From: an uncultured Planctomycetia bacterium
GTDB lineage: Bacteria; Omnitrophota; Gorgyraeia; Duberdicusellales; Duberdicusellaceae
Reading direction: 5' to 3'
Assembly: GCA_964634935.1 (NCBI GenBank)
Contig: CAZWJT010000003.1
Span: 116,323 to 180,322, forward strand
Length of the DNA: 64,000 nt
Below are positions 27,425 through 36,889 of this stretch, one piece after another. The notes under the pieces were generated by a model, which saw only the letters and a list, made by a program, of their open reading frames with translations, searched no databases and was not told the DNA's origin. Position numbers and translations under genes: made by a program. Every line of letters begins with the position of its first letter. The first letter of the stretch is position 1.

Positions 27425-30233
27425 GATCATTAGTTGGGATTTGGGCGAAAACTTTGTCGAGAAGCTTGCTGATTTTTTAATAGATTCCCATAAGCAGAGT
27501 ATAGATTTCAGCAACGTTATCTGTGTTTTCGGTGGTAAAAGGCCGGCGTTATTTTTGCGTCGCGCATTGGCCCATAGGCTTAGACAACCATGTTTCCCGC
27601 CGCGGATATTTTCTATGGATGAATTTGTCAGTTACCTTGCCGTTGGGTTCGAGCAACATGAAACGCTTGGAAGGTTAGATGCAGCGTATATGGTGTATCA
27701 GTTAGCCCGAAGATACGCACCAACAATTGTGGAGAAATTCCAGGGGTTTGCAGATTTTCTGCCCTGGGCCGACGAGATCGTTTCTTTTCTGGAGCAGGTT
27801 GATTTGGAGCTGATCAGCGATGAGCAGCTTCGTTCCGTGGAAAAAAGCGCAACCATTGGATATGATGTCCCCCCAACGATTAATTCGCTCTTGGCAAATA
27901 TTATTCTTTTGCGCAAGGCCTGGCATTGTTCTCTGCGCGATCAGAAAATTTTTTCCCGTGGATTACTCTATCAAGAAGCCGCGGCGCAATCGGCCAAGAA
28001 AGACCTGGCTGGGGTCTCTCAGATTGTTTTTTGCAATTTTTTCTACCTCCATGCCACAGAGTTGGCAATTCTGAAGAATATAATCATACGCGACAAAGGT
28101 GTCTGTATTTTTCAGGGTTCTCAGGACGATTGGTCAGTTTTAAAAAAAGTAGCCAAAGAGCTGAACGTCTCTATTCAGCCTGGTTCTTCTGCTTCGGAAA
28201 TTCCAAAATTTTCGGTTATTCAGGCGTTTGATCTGCATTCGCAGGTTTGTGCAGTCCGTAGGATTTTCCAGAAAATTACTTCGCCGGAAAAAACCGTGAT
28301 TGTTTTGCCGCGTCCGGAAACGGTAGTTCCACTTTTAGTGGGGATGGCTGATATCTTGAAAACATGCAATGTTTCCATGGGATTTCCGGTCAAAAAAAAC
28401 CAGCTGTTTGCTTTCTTTTATCATCTGAAGGAATGCCAGGTAACGCGGAGAGGAGAATGTTACTATACTCCGAATTATCTGAAACTTTTGCAGCACCCGA
28501 TCATTAAGAACTTAAAGCTTCACCAGGATCACCAGGTTACCCGGGTGCTTATTCATAAGCTTGAAGATGTGCTTTCGGGAAAACAATCCAGCTCTATTGG
28601 AGGAGCTGTTTTTTTGCGGCTTGCCGATGTAGAGCAAGAGCAGATGATTATTTGTTCTGCTCAGGAAACGCTTGCGCATCTTGGTATCGATCTTGCCGTG
28701 CAGGATTTGAAAGATATTCTTAGCGAGCTCAACCGAAAATTTTTTACAGCCTGGGAGAGCATATCAAACTTTTCCGAATTTGCCGAACAGATAAGTCTTT
28801 TGATTGAGTTAATCGCAGCAAAGAGCAATCTCGCTGATTTCCCATCTAACCTTAAAATTCTCCAACGCTTCCAGGAACTGAGCGAGTCGATGGTCAAATT
28901 CTCATTTGCCCAAGAAAAGTTTTCGGCAGAAAACATCTGGGATATTTTTATGCATTTGCTCGAAGGAGAATTGGTCTCTTTCCACGGTTCTCCTCTGCAA
29001 GGGACTCAAGTGCTTGGTCTTTTTGAGACCCGTTCGCTTAATTTTGAGAATGTTATTGTGATGGATATGAATGAGTCGGTCCTGCCAAAATTAAAAATAC
29101 ATGAGCCCCTTATTCCCCGGGAAGTTATGATTAATCTGGGATTAGACCGTCTGGAGAAGGAAGAAGAAATTCAGCGCTATCAGTTTATGCGTTTGATTCA
29201 GGGGTGTGGCCAGGCTTATTTTGTTTATGAGCACAATGAGCTCAAAGAAAAAAGTAGATTTCTTGAAGCTTTGCTTTGGCAGGAGCAGAAAAAGAAAAGG
29301 ACGCTTGAGCTTCAAGTATTTCCGCGTATTTCGTTTCATTTCAGGGTGCACCCGAAACCTGGAGAAATACGAAAGACCGGGCCTATGGTTGATTTTCTCA
29401 AAAAACAAGTTTATTCGGCAAGCCGCGTTAATACCTATATTCGTTGTCCGGTTCAGTTTTATTTTCAGTATGTGCTTGGTTTAAAGGAGACAGAAGATCT
29501 TTTGGAAGAGCCGGATCAGGCGTATCTTGGCATTTTTCTTCATGAGTTGCTTGCCGAAACATTCGGAAGATTTAAGGACAGAGATATTACTCTTGACCAA
29601 AAGTTCCAAGAATATTTTTTTCGCCGGATGGATGAGAAATTCGAACTTGAAATATCCCGCAGGATGCGGTCGGGAGCACTTTTATTGCACAGAATTGTGC
29701 GTAATCGATTAGAACATTTTCTTGAGGCAGAAAAAAGAAGGAACATATCCAGAATTATTTGTTTGGAGGAGGAAAAATTGGGGAGTGTGGCATTGTCTGG
29801 GATGACAATACAGTTCCGCTATACGATTGATCGGATGGATGAACTTCCTGATCGCCGCTTGCTCATACTTGATTATAAAAGCGGCGCAAATGTAATCGCC
29901 CCAAAAAGATTTTCCGGGCTTTCTCAAATGCGCTTAGACCGGAAGTCTATACAAGAAATCATTCGGTCATTTCAGCTGCCTCTTTACCATCACTTTACTG
30001 CTCAAGAATTTCCCGGATATTCTGTTTCTGCCGAATTATACAGCTTGCGTACTCTGGAGCGGCATAGTTTCATTTCGTCCCAGGAAGAAGATCATGCCGA
30101 GGAAATTCTTGATATTTGTTTCAGAGCGCTTGCGTTCGTGTTCACCGAAATCTTTAACCAGGATTTTCCATTCTTGCCTGACCGAGATGAGCGTAAATGT
30201 TCCGCGTGCCCGTACCAAGGGATGTGCAGGTAA
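27417..30233 (+). CDS. addB: AddB-like PD-(D/E)XK nuclease subunit with Fe-S cysteines
   Basis: C-terminal nuclease LLILDYKSG. Cys cluster CPVQFYF ... CSACPYQGMC. The N-terminus has no intact Walker A (VFGGKRP). 938 aa. 8 bp overlap with addA. Confidence 0.7.
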   Translation: MDKIISWDLGENFVEKLADFLIDSHKQSIDFSNVICVFGGKRPALFLRRALAHRLRQPCFPPRIFSMDEFVSYLAVGFEQHETLGRLDAAYMVYQLARRYAPTIVEKFQGFADFLPWADEIVSFLEQVDLELISDEQLRSVEKSATIGYDVPPTINSLLANIILLRKAWHCSLRDQKIFSRGLLYQEAAAQSAKKDLAGVSQIVFCNFFYLHATELAILKNIIIRDKGVCIFQGSQDDWSVLKKVAKELNVSIQPGSSASEIPKFSVIQAFDLHSQVCAVRRIFQKITSPEKTVIVLPRPETVVPLLVGMADILKTCNVSMGFPVKKNQLFAFFYHLKECQVTRRGECYYTPNYLKLLQHPIIKNLKLHQDHQVTRVLIHKLEDVLSGKQSSSIGGAVFLRLADVEQEQMIICSAQETLAHLGIDLAVQDLKDILSELNRKFFTAWESISNFSEFAEQISLLIELIAAKSNLADFPSNLKILQRFQELSESMVKFSFAQEKFSAENIWDIFMHLLEGELVSFHGSPLQGTQVLGLFETRSLNFENVIVMDMNESVLPKLKIHEPLIPREVMINLGLDRLEKEEEIQRYQFMRLIQGCGQAYFVYEHNELKEKSRFLEALLWQEQKKKRTLELQVFPRISFHFRVHPKPGEIRKTGPMVDFLKKQVYSASRVNTYIRCPVQFYFQYVLGLKETEDLLEEPDQAYLGIFLHELLAETFGRFKDRDITLDQKFQEYFFRRMDEKFELEISRRMRSGALLLHRIVRNRLEHFLEAEKRRNISRIICLEEEKLGSVALSGMTIQFRYTIDRMDELPDRRLLILDYKSGANVIAPKRFSGLSQMRLDRKSIQEIIRSFQLPLYHHFTAQEFPGYSVSAELYSLRTLERHSFISSQEEDHAEEILDICFRALAFVFTEIFNQDFPFLPDRDERKCSACPYQGMCR

Positions 30234-30236
30234 CAG

Positions 30237-31166
30237 ATGTTTTTGACCGTTACCCTCAATCCGTCAATCGACAAAGTTGTTTGGTTATCAGATCAAAAGA
30301 TAGCTCCAGAAACAAAGACAGCGAAGGTTCAGCTGTATCCCGCCGGGAAAGGGATCAATGTTTCCCGGGCGCTGTGTTCTTCCGGAGTCCCTGTTTGTGC
30401 TACCGGTTTTTTAGGGGGAGTTTCTGGTGCGTGGGTAGAGAGAGGTTTGCGGAAAGAGAGGATACCCAACAGTTTTTATTTCATCCAAGGTAAGACGCGG
30501 GTCAACACTTCTTTTATTCAGCGTAAAACTGGACGGATCGTACGACGCGACCTTGAATCCGGGCCGGTAATTTCCAAAAGAGAACGGAAATTTTTTATCC
30601 TTCACTATTTGTCTTTGTTGAAGCAAAGCCGGTGTGTAATTTTTTCCGGAAGCTGCCTTCCCGGTCAAGAATCGCTCTATGCCCATCTCGTCCGTATTGC
30701 CCAAAAGCATAAAGTTCCCACTGTCTTAGACACCCGAGGCAAGTCTTTGGCGTTGGCGGTGCTGGAAAAACCGGATATCCTGAAGATTAACAGGAAAGAA
30801 GCCGAAGAATTATTTGGCAGAAAACTTCCTTCTTTTCTTTCGGTACGGAAAGTGCTTCGGGCCATAATGAACCGCGGTATACAGGTTGGTATTATTACTC
30901 TCGCAAGCCAGGGTGCCGTGGCTGGTGATTCAAGCGGACTATTACTCGCTAAACCTCCAAAGATTCAAATACAAAACTACGTTGGGTGTGGAGACGCTTT
31001 TCTGGCCGGATTTTGCAAAGATTACTTTCAGCACCCTTGCCTGTCGCAAGCTTTAAAAACAGCAACGGCATGGGCCTTAGCGAATACGACAACATTCTTT
31101 CCTGGTAAGCTTCGAGCGCAAGACATAGGTACTTTTCTGCCCCAGATCCAAATGAGAAATTTCTGA
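30237..31166 (+). CDS. PfkB-family carbohydrate kinase (1-phosphofructokinase / tagatose-6-P kinase-like)
   Basis: MFLTVTLNPSIDK opening; PfkB signature GCGDAFLAGF near the C-terminus. Confidence 0.8.
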   Translation: MFLTVTLNPSIDKVVWLSDQKIAPETKTAKVQLYPAGKGINVSRALCSSGVPVCATGFLGGVSGAWVERGLRKERIPNSFYFIQGKTRVNTSFIQRKTGRIVRRDLESGPVISKRERKFFILHYLSLLKQSRCVIFSGSCLPGQESLYAHLVRIAQKHKVPTVLDTRGKSLALAVLEKPDILKINRKEAEELFGRKLPSFLSVRKVLRAIMNRGIQVGIITLASQGAVAGDSSGLLLAKPPKIQIQNYVGCGDAFLAGFCKDYFQHPCLSQALKTATAWALANTTTFFPGKLRAQDIGTFLPQIQMRNF

Positions 31167-31277
31167 TTTTCTTCTCACTACCCTCAGCGTTTTAGTTACG
31201 AAGAGCGCCAAACCGGAAAGAGCAAAAATCATAGGCGGGGTATTTGTGCATTCTATGTGAGAAGATGCGGCGCTGCG

Positions 31278-32417
31278 TCAATAAATGAAGTATTCACAGA
31301 ATCGACAGGCCAAATTAGCATTATGGAAAGAGATCTTTCTGGATGGCTTTAGTCCAATACTCTGAAGTAAAGAAGAATGAGCTGATAGGACAAATCCCGT
31401 ATATCCTTGGCAACGCCTTTTAAAGAAATCGCCAATTTTTGCATAGGTATCGACGAGCGCCTGAGATTCACCCATGCGTATTCCGTATTCTGGATTGAGT
31501 ACAACAAATCCTTTTCCGCGGGGGACAAGAGTCTGAGAAAAATCACACACAGAAAAATCAATCATTTCGCTGACACCGGCGCGTTCTGCATTCTTGCGGG
31601 CAGCTTCCACAGCTTCCGGGCGGATATCGGTCGCAATGATTTTTGTTTGCGGATGTTCGATTTCTTTTTCTTTCAATTCTCGTTTGATGTCTTCCCAGAG
31701 TGTATGGTCAAAATCCTTGATATGCATGAATCCAAAGTTATGCCTTAAGATTCCAGGAGCCCGGCGCTTGGCGATAAGAGCCGCTTCGATTGCGAGCGTT
31801 CCGCTGCCACACATAGGGTTGATAAAATTTTCTCTTCCGGAATATCCCGTGGCAAAGACGAGTGCTGCGGCTAAAGTTTCTTGGAGTGGAGCCTGGAGAG
31901 GTATTTTACGGTATTCTCGTTTGCTCAATGTTTCTCCTGAAGAATCGAGATACAGAGAGACGGAATTCTCTTTCCAGTAAATATACAACACTGTTTTGTC
32001 GCGGGCGGATCCGGAATCAGGTCGCTCTCCTTTTAGCCTTCGTAAGCGGTCAACCACCGCATCTTTACATTTAAGGTTGACGATTCTTTGGTCGCGGATC
32101 GTTGGGTTTTCGACATTTGAGAACACGCTAAAGTACCCGTTTGTATCGATGTAGTTTTCCCAGGGAAAAGAAGTAACGCCCTTATAGAGTTCTTCGATAT
32201 TTCCACAATGAAATCTTTTCAGGAGCATGAATACATGGTGGACGCAGCGCAGAGAAAGGTTGAGCCTGATTATATCTTTCAGCGTTCCTGACAGGGCGAC
32301 TCCTCCTTCGGTTACTTCTGCTTCGGAAAACCCAAGCTGTTTTATCTCGGATGCCGCGTACTGTACAAGATCTTTCGCGGTACCGATAAAAATAATGTGT
32401 TCTTTCATAAAAATCAT
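31278..32417 (-). CDS. THUMP-domain class I SAM-dependent RNA methyltransferase (RlmL/Trm14-like m2G methyltransferase)
   Basis: Minus-strand translation: THUMP N-terminus, SAM motif NPMCGSGTL, catalytic NPEYG (NPPY-like). The only minus-strand gene in the window. Start may be the Met at 32408. Confidence 0.8.
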   Translation of the reverse strand: MIFMKEHIIFIGTAKDLVQYAASEIKQLGFSEAEVTEGGVALSGTLKDIIRLNLSLRCVHHVFMLLKRFHCGNIEELYKGVTSFPWENYIDTNGYFSVFSNVENPTIRDQRIVNLKCKDAVVDRLRRLKGERPDSGSARDKTVLYIYWKENSVSLYLDSSGETLSKREYRKIPLQAPLQETLAAALVFATGYSGRENFINPMCGSGTLAIEAALIAKRRAPGILRHNFGFMHIKDFDHTLWEDIKRELKEKEIEHPQTKIIATDIRPEAVEAARKNAERAGVSEMIDFSVCDFSQTLVPRGKGFVVLNPEYGIRMGESQALVDTYAKIGDFFKRRCQGYTGFVLSAHSSLLQSIGLKPSRKISFHNANLACRFCEYFIY

Positions 32418-32452
32418 TCTATTACATTTTCACTCCTTTGTCACTTCAACTC

Positions 32453-32480
32453 TTGAAAAAACGGTATTTCAGGATACAAT
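32453..32480 (+). promoter_or_regulatory. Sigma70-like promoter (TTGAAA-16-TACAAT) for the 32493 hypothetical
   Basis: TTGAAA 32453..32458 and TACAAT 32475..32480. The start codon is only about 6 nt past the predicted TSS, so the transcript would be near-leaderless. Confidence 0.45.
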
Positions 32481-32492
32481 TATCAAACACAG

Positions 32493-33161
32493 ATGAAAAG
32501 GATCAAAACAATATTGTTCATCGCCGTAAGCATTCTGCTTGTAGTTTTTATCTGGCATAAAGCGGCGCTTTTCTTTCAGGAAAATCAAGTGCTTCGTGAG
32601 GTTATAGCCCGGTTGCAGGCAGATTCACGGATTGCCGAAGTACTGGTGACGCAGGTGCACTATGATGAAAATACCGGAAAAAACTTTACCACGATAAAAT
32701 TTCTCGAATACGATACGGAAAATAGACCCCTTGTTCCCAGATATTTTACCTTTGCCGGAAACATCATCCAGTTTCAGTCTTTGGTGGTGCGGTTTACCGA
32801 CGATTTCATTAAGGCCAATGATCCCCGGCGCGGGAAGAGTATTTACCTCTTCTGGAAAGTATTTTTGCTGGACGGGAAGAATACTCAGGAGTACGCGCTT
32901 ACGCGAATTAACGAGATTCCAATGGGCTACAGGCTTTATGCATCGCCAAATGTTTTTGAGCAGAAAATTTGGAAAGATTTCTGGGGCTATGCATTGAATC
33001 CAGCTCAGGCAGCTCGGCAGGGTATTAAGAATGCCCAAATCGAAGCTCCAGGGATGATGTTTGTTCCAGGGACGCTCTACACTATCCATATCGAGCATGA
33101 CGGGGGATTGCGGATCGACGCTACTCCTTTACCGGCGATTTTAAGAGGCGAGCGGATATAA
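32493..33161 (+). CDS. Hypothetical N-terminally membrane-anchored protein
   Basis: 222 aa with one N-terminal TM helix (ILFIAVSILLVVFIW) and no recognised motifs. Has its own promoter-like element upstream. Confidence 0.4.
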   Translation: MKRIKTILFIAVSILLVVFIWHKAALFFQENQVLREVIARLQADSRIAEVLVTQVHYDENTGKNFTTIKFLEYDTENRPLVPRYFTFAGNIIQFQSLVVRFTDDFIKANDPRRGKSIYLFWKVFLLDGKNTQEYALTRINEIPMGYRLYASPNVFEQKIWKDFWGYALNPAQAARQGIKNAQIEAPGMMFVPGTLYTIHIEHDGGLRIDATPLPAILRGERI

Positions 33162-33183
33162 ACGTCAACAGAAGCTATCCTCG

Positions 33184-33387
33184 ATGAAAACTTTTTTTAT
33201 TGGTTTGTGCGCACTGTGTGTCCTTTTCATTCTGGCCCGCATCAGCATAATTCTTATTCCGGTTTTTATGGTTTTTCTTTCCATCCTACGCGTGCTTTTG
33301 TTTCTGGTCGTTTCCATTTTTCTTATCTGGCTGTTTGGAAAATTTCTTATCTTTGTGTGGAAGAAAATTTTAAAACAAAACGGATAA
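33184..33387 (+). CDS. Hypothetical small two-TM membrane protein (67 aa)
   Basis: Two hydrophobic helices (FIGLCALCVLFILARISIILIPVFMVFLSIL / VLLFLVVSIFLIWLFGKFLIFVW). Follows the 32493 ORF after 22 bp. Could be spurious. Confidence 0.3.
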   Translation: MKTFFIGLCALCVLFILARISIILIPVFMVFLSILRVLLFLVVSIFLIWLFGKFLIFVWKKILKQNG

Positions 33388-33395
33388 TTTTTTAT

Positions 33396-33422
33396 TTGAT
33401 TTTTTCTAAAAACGCATATAAT
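33396..33422 (+). promoter_or_regulatory. Sigma70-like promoter (TTGATT-15-TATAAT) upstream of pgi-like gene
   Basis: Perfect -10 TATAAT at 33417..33422. The 15 bp spacer is short. Confidence 0.4.
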
Positions 33423-33463
33423 ACCATTCTTACGAGTTTATAAAAGCAGAAACGAAACAAGGA

Positions 33464-34882
33464 ATGCTCATGGAAAACTTGAAAGAATATCTTATGGAGG
33501 CCTGCGGGAAAAAACAAGAAGACGTTTCTTCCGCAAATCCTTTCCGGACTGCCGGTTTTGATGAAGGGAAAGCTCGCCTTGGCTGGGTAACAGTTCCTGG
33601 CTATTCCCGGATCAAAGAATTGCTCTGTGAGTTTAAGAAAATCGCCGCTGGTAAAAAATATTTTATATTTGTGGGAATGGGCGGTTCAGTCAATGGAGTA
33701 AAAGTACTTATTCCCTATGCTCCCCGCAAGAATATCTTTGCTCTTGATAGCCTTGATCCCCAGGCATTTCAAGACATTCTTAAGGAAGTACCTGATTTGA
33801 AACAGACTCTGGTTATTGCGATGAGCAAGACCGCAACTACGAAGGAAACACAGTGTATTGCTGGCAGCCTACGGGAAACTATCGGATCGCTCGACAATTT
33901 TTTATGGGTGATTGATTTAAGCGCCAAAGAAATTCTTTATTCTTTAGGATGGCAAGGCGCTCATGTTCTTCCTTTGCAGGTTGATGGTCAGGAAGATATC
34001 GGAGGAAGATTTTCTAGCCCGCATACTCTTGTTTTTCTCTTGCCGCTCTTTATTCTTTTGCGGCAAGATATCCAGAAAACAGAGCGGTTATGGGAGCGGT
34101 ATTCTTCCCTGCAGGCGACTCTCATAGATGACGCTTTTTCTCTCGCCCGAAAGCACAGAGAAGTAAAAAAAGCATTTTTCGCAATCCAAGTGAAGAAGAC
34201 CGTCACAGAGCATTTCCAGAACTGGATTGTACAACTTTTCAATGAAAGCCTGGGCTCAAAAAAAGAAACCTTAGAAGTGAAAACGATGGTTGTTGGATCA
34301 GGGAAGATCCCCAAAGAATTTTTCGTAGTACGTTCTTGTTACACGACGGCCTCACCCATTGTATATATTATGGCGCAGATGTATTTCTTGCAACTGTTCG
34401 TTGCTTTCTATGCTGCCTTCCAGAATCTGGTATTTGTGAATCAACCGTACGTTGAGGTCTACAAAAAAGAATTGAAGCTGCTCTGTGGTACTGCGGCAGG
34501 TTCAGTTCCGTTGATGAATTTTTCCCAATTATGCGATGTCATTCATCAGCACAAGGGAAACTGTCGCTTTCTCGAGGCGATTTTGTTTTTTTCGCTTAAG
34601 CCGCGGCAGATCAAAAAGCTTCAGGGGGCGTTACAACAGAAGTTTCCTAAGTTACATCCTTTCGTTTTTGTAGGGAGTGACTGGAACCACCATTCATACC
34701 AGGCTGCGTTCCGCGATAAGGCCACGCTTTATCTCATTGTTCTCAAGGATAAGTATCTAGAGAAAGTCTCCGGTTTGAGCCGGGAAACAGTATTGCACAA
34801 TACCGAAACATTGAAACAGATAAGTTTCGCGACCTTTAAAACCATATCTGAAAAAGCATTCTATTGCCGCCTGAGCTTGTAG
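33464..34882 (+). CDS. pgi: Glucose-6-phosphate isomerase (divergent short-type PGI, SIS fold)
   Basis: LGWVTVP, FVGMGGSVNG, GGRFSSPHT and NESLGSKK motifs all match PGI signatures. The C-terminal third is divergent. Confidence 0.6.
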   Translation: MLMENLKEYLMEACGKKQEDVSSANPFRTAGFDEGKARLGWVTVPGYSRIKELLCEFKKIAAGKKYFIFVGMGGSVNGVKVLIPYAPRKNIFALDSLDPQAFQDILKEVPDLKQTLVIAMSKTATTKETQCIAGSLRETIGSLDNFLWVIDLSAKEILYSLGWQGAHVLPLQVDGQEDIGGRFSSPHTLVFLLPLFILLRQDIQKTERLWERYSSLQATLIDDAFSLARKHREVKKAFFAIQVKKTVTEHFQNWIVQLFNESLGSKKETLEVKTMVVGSGKIPKEFFVVRSCYTTASPIVYIMAQMYFLQLFVAFYAAFQNLVFVNQPYVEVYKKELKLLCGTAAGSVPLMNFSQLCDVIHQHKGNCRFLEAILFFSLKPRQIKKLQGALQQKFPKLHPFVFVGSDWNHHSYQAAFRDKATLYLIVLKDKYLEKVSGLSRETVLHNTETLKQISFATFKTISEKAFYCRLSL

Positions 34883-34892
34883 GAGGCAGTTC

Positions 34893-34920
34893 TTGACGTT
34901 CAGGGGTTTTCTACTATAAT
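34893..34920 (+). promoter_or_regulatory. Sigma70 promoter (TTGACG-16-TATAAT) for CBS-pair genes
   Basis: TTGACG 34893..34898 and TATAAT 34915..34920; SD AAGGGAG follows before the ATG at 34944. Confidence 0.6.
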
Positions 34921-34943
34921 TGTATCATATCCCAAGGGAGCAT

Positions 34944-35336
34944 ATGGAAGGATTGCAGATTAAGAATTTCATGAGTAAAGATGTTTTGGTGGTTGGCCAA
35001 GAAGAGAGTGTTTTGTCCGCAGCTAAAAAAATGGCTTCCCGGGATATCGGTTCAATAGTCGTTATTGATGGGAATGAGAAGCCGGTAGGAATTTTTACCG
35101 AACGGGATATTTTAGTGAGAGTCGTTTTGCCGCGCCGCGATTACGTCTGCACAAAAATTTCTGAGGTGATGACGAAGAATCCCGTGATGATTAAAGAAAA
35201 CGACACATACCTTGCCGCCTGCGACATTATTCGTAAGAACGATATTCGTCATCTTCCGGTGGTAAACGAAAAAGGAAAACTTATGGGGATGCTTTCTATC
35301 AAAGATCTTTCCGGGTATGTAAAAAAAGACAGGTAG
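34944..35336 (+). CDS. CBS-domain pair protein
   Basis: Two CBS motifs (FMSKDVLVV..., GIFTERDIL, HLPVV). Start is the ATG at 34944, with the SD AAGGGAG 7 nt upstream. Confidence 0.75.
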   Translation: MEGLQIKNFMSKDVLVVGQEESVLSAAKKMASRDIGSIVVIDGNEKPVGIFTERDILVRVVLPRRDYVCTKISEVMTKNPVMIKENDTYLAACDIIRKNDIRHLPVVNEKGKLMGMLSIKDLSGYVKKDR

Positions 35337-35337
35337 C

Positions 35338-35724
35338 ATGGAGAAAACTCTAACGATAGAATATTGGATGTCAAAGAACGCCGCGGTGATTGACAAAGAA
35401 GAAACCGTTTTCGGGGCAGTGAAGGAAATGGTCGAGCGCAAAATCGGCTCAGTGATCGCGGTTGACAAAGACCATAAGCCCATCGGTATTCTTACCGAGC
35501 GCGATATCCTCAAGAAGATTGTTGCTCTTGGCTTTGACGCTCAGGCGATCAAAGTGAAAGACGCGATGGCTAAGAATGTCATTACGATAAACATCAGCGA
35601 TACTTATACAACCGCGAATAAGCTTATTCGCGACCGGAATATCCGCCATCTTCCGGTCGTCAATGTCGACGGAAAACTCGTTGGCGTTGTTTCAGTAAGG
35701 GATCTGCGCAAACCCATTGAATAA
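35338..35724 (+). CDS. CBS-domain pair protein (paralogue of the previous gene)
   Basis: GILTERDILKKIV, IRHLPVVN; 128 aa; in tandem with the 34944 gene. Confidence 0.75.
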   Translation: MEKTLTIEYWMSKNAAVIDKEETVFGAVKEMVERKIGSVIAVDKDHKPIGILTERDILKKIVALGFDAQAIKVKDAMAKNVITINISDTYTTANKLIRDRNIRHLPVVNVDGKLVGVVSVRDLRKPIE

Positions 35725-36733
35725 CCATTTGATACTTAGTTTCCTTCTGTTATTTTTTGTCCTGTATCCTTGCGTTTTTTCTTCTGTCGCTGATGACTTT
35801 GACGAGTTTTCTTTTCCGGATAAAGAACTATTGCAAACATTGCCCAACCTTACTTTTTCTCCTCAGACCGCATATTACAATTTTTCTTGGCAGTTTACTT
35901 TTCAAATTCCCCAACAAGTCCGCGATCTTCAGTTCCAATTTCCACTGATTACACAGCAGCCATTTCAAGAGGTGGTAAAGTTTTATTCGAATCCTGTTTG
36001 CACCAAGGTTGAAGCCGACGGCGAATCAAATACGATTGGTTTTTTCCCGCTCGGAAATTTTCCCGAAGAGGGAAAAGTTTCTGTTGAGATCGGCTATATT
36101 ATTGAATGCCGGGGCCGCGCGCAGGATTTTTCTCAGGAAGACATAGGAAAAGCATACAGTAAAATTGATATGCCGCTTCTTCTTCATTTCATGCCGCGCA
36201 CCGTTTCAGATCCAACGCTTCTCAGTCTTGGACAGAAAATAGTTCAAGGGGAATCCTCCCCGTATAAAAAAGCCTACCTGGTATACCTTTTTCTGGTGAA
36301 GAATATGAGTTATCGGGAAATTGTCACCGCCGAAGAACGCAGGCCGTTGCTTGAGATTCTGCGTTCACGAAGGGCAAACTGCTGGGAGATGGCCCGGGTG
36401 TATACGGCGCTCTGTCAGAGTGTGGGTGTGGTTTGTAGACAGGTAAATGGGGTTGTTTTCGGTCCGGCAGTTTTCTTCAGTAAAGATATCAATAAATTTG
36501 GACATTCATGGATTGAAGTATATATACCATATGCAGGTTGGATTTGGGTTGATCCAACTTTTGGATTAACAAGACAGAATTTCTTCGGCTTTCGAACAAC
36601 AAATCGGATTATTCAATCATACGGGGAAAGCATTCCGGCGATTGCCGGTATCTTGCACTACAATGCTTCCAGTCCGGTAAAAATTGATAAAGAGCAGAAG
36701 ATTGAGCTTGAAGATATAGGAGAACATTTTTAA
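35717..36733 (+). CDS. Secreted transglutaminase-like cysteine protease superfamily protein
   Basis: Signal peptide. Transglutaminase core: Cys (RRANCWEMARVY), His (GHSWIEVY), Asp (WVDPT). Confidence 0.7.
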   Translation: MNNHLILSFLLLFFVLYPCVFSSVADDFDEFSFPDKELLQTLPNLTFSPQTAYYNFSWQFTFQIPQQVRDLQFQFPLITQQPFQEVVKFYSNPVCTKVEADGESNTIGFFPLGNFPEEGKVSVEIGYIIECRGRAQDFSQEDIGKAYSKIDMPLLLHFMPRTVSDPTLLSLGQKIVQGESSPYKKAYLVYLFLVKNMSYREIVTAEERRPLLEILRSRRANCWEMARVYTALCQSVGVVCRQVNGVVFGPAVFFSKDINKFGHSWIEVYIPYAGWIWVDPTFGLTRQNFFGFRTTNRIIQSYGESIPAIAGILHYNASSPVKIDKEQKIELEDIGEHF

Positions 36734-36840
36734 TCCCTTGTTTCCGAGGCTAGATCTGGAAGTATCAGCGTGTATTTTATTCGATTTACGAGAGTAATTT
36801 TTGTAGGCATTTTTCGTTTCTTACCCGAGAAAGAGTCTCC

Positions 36841-36869
36841 TTGACAATCATTTATTTACGGTTAAGATA
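36841..36869 (+). promoter_or_regulatory. Sigma70-like promoter (TTGACA-16/17-TAAGAT) for lptA/C-lptB
   Basis: Consensus -35 TTGACA at 36841..36846. The -10 TAAGAT is weaker. 156 bp gap. Confidence 0.4.
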
Positions 36870-36889
36870 TTAATCTAAATGCAGAAAGA

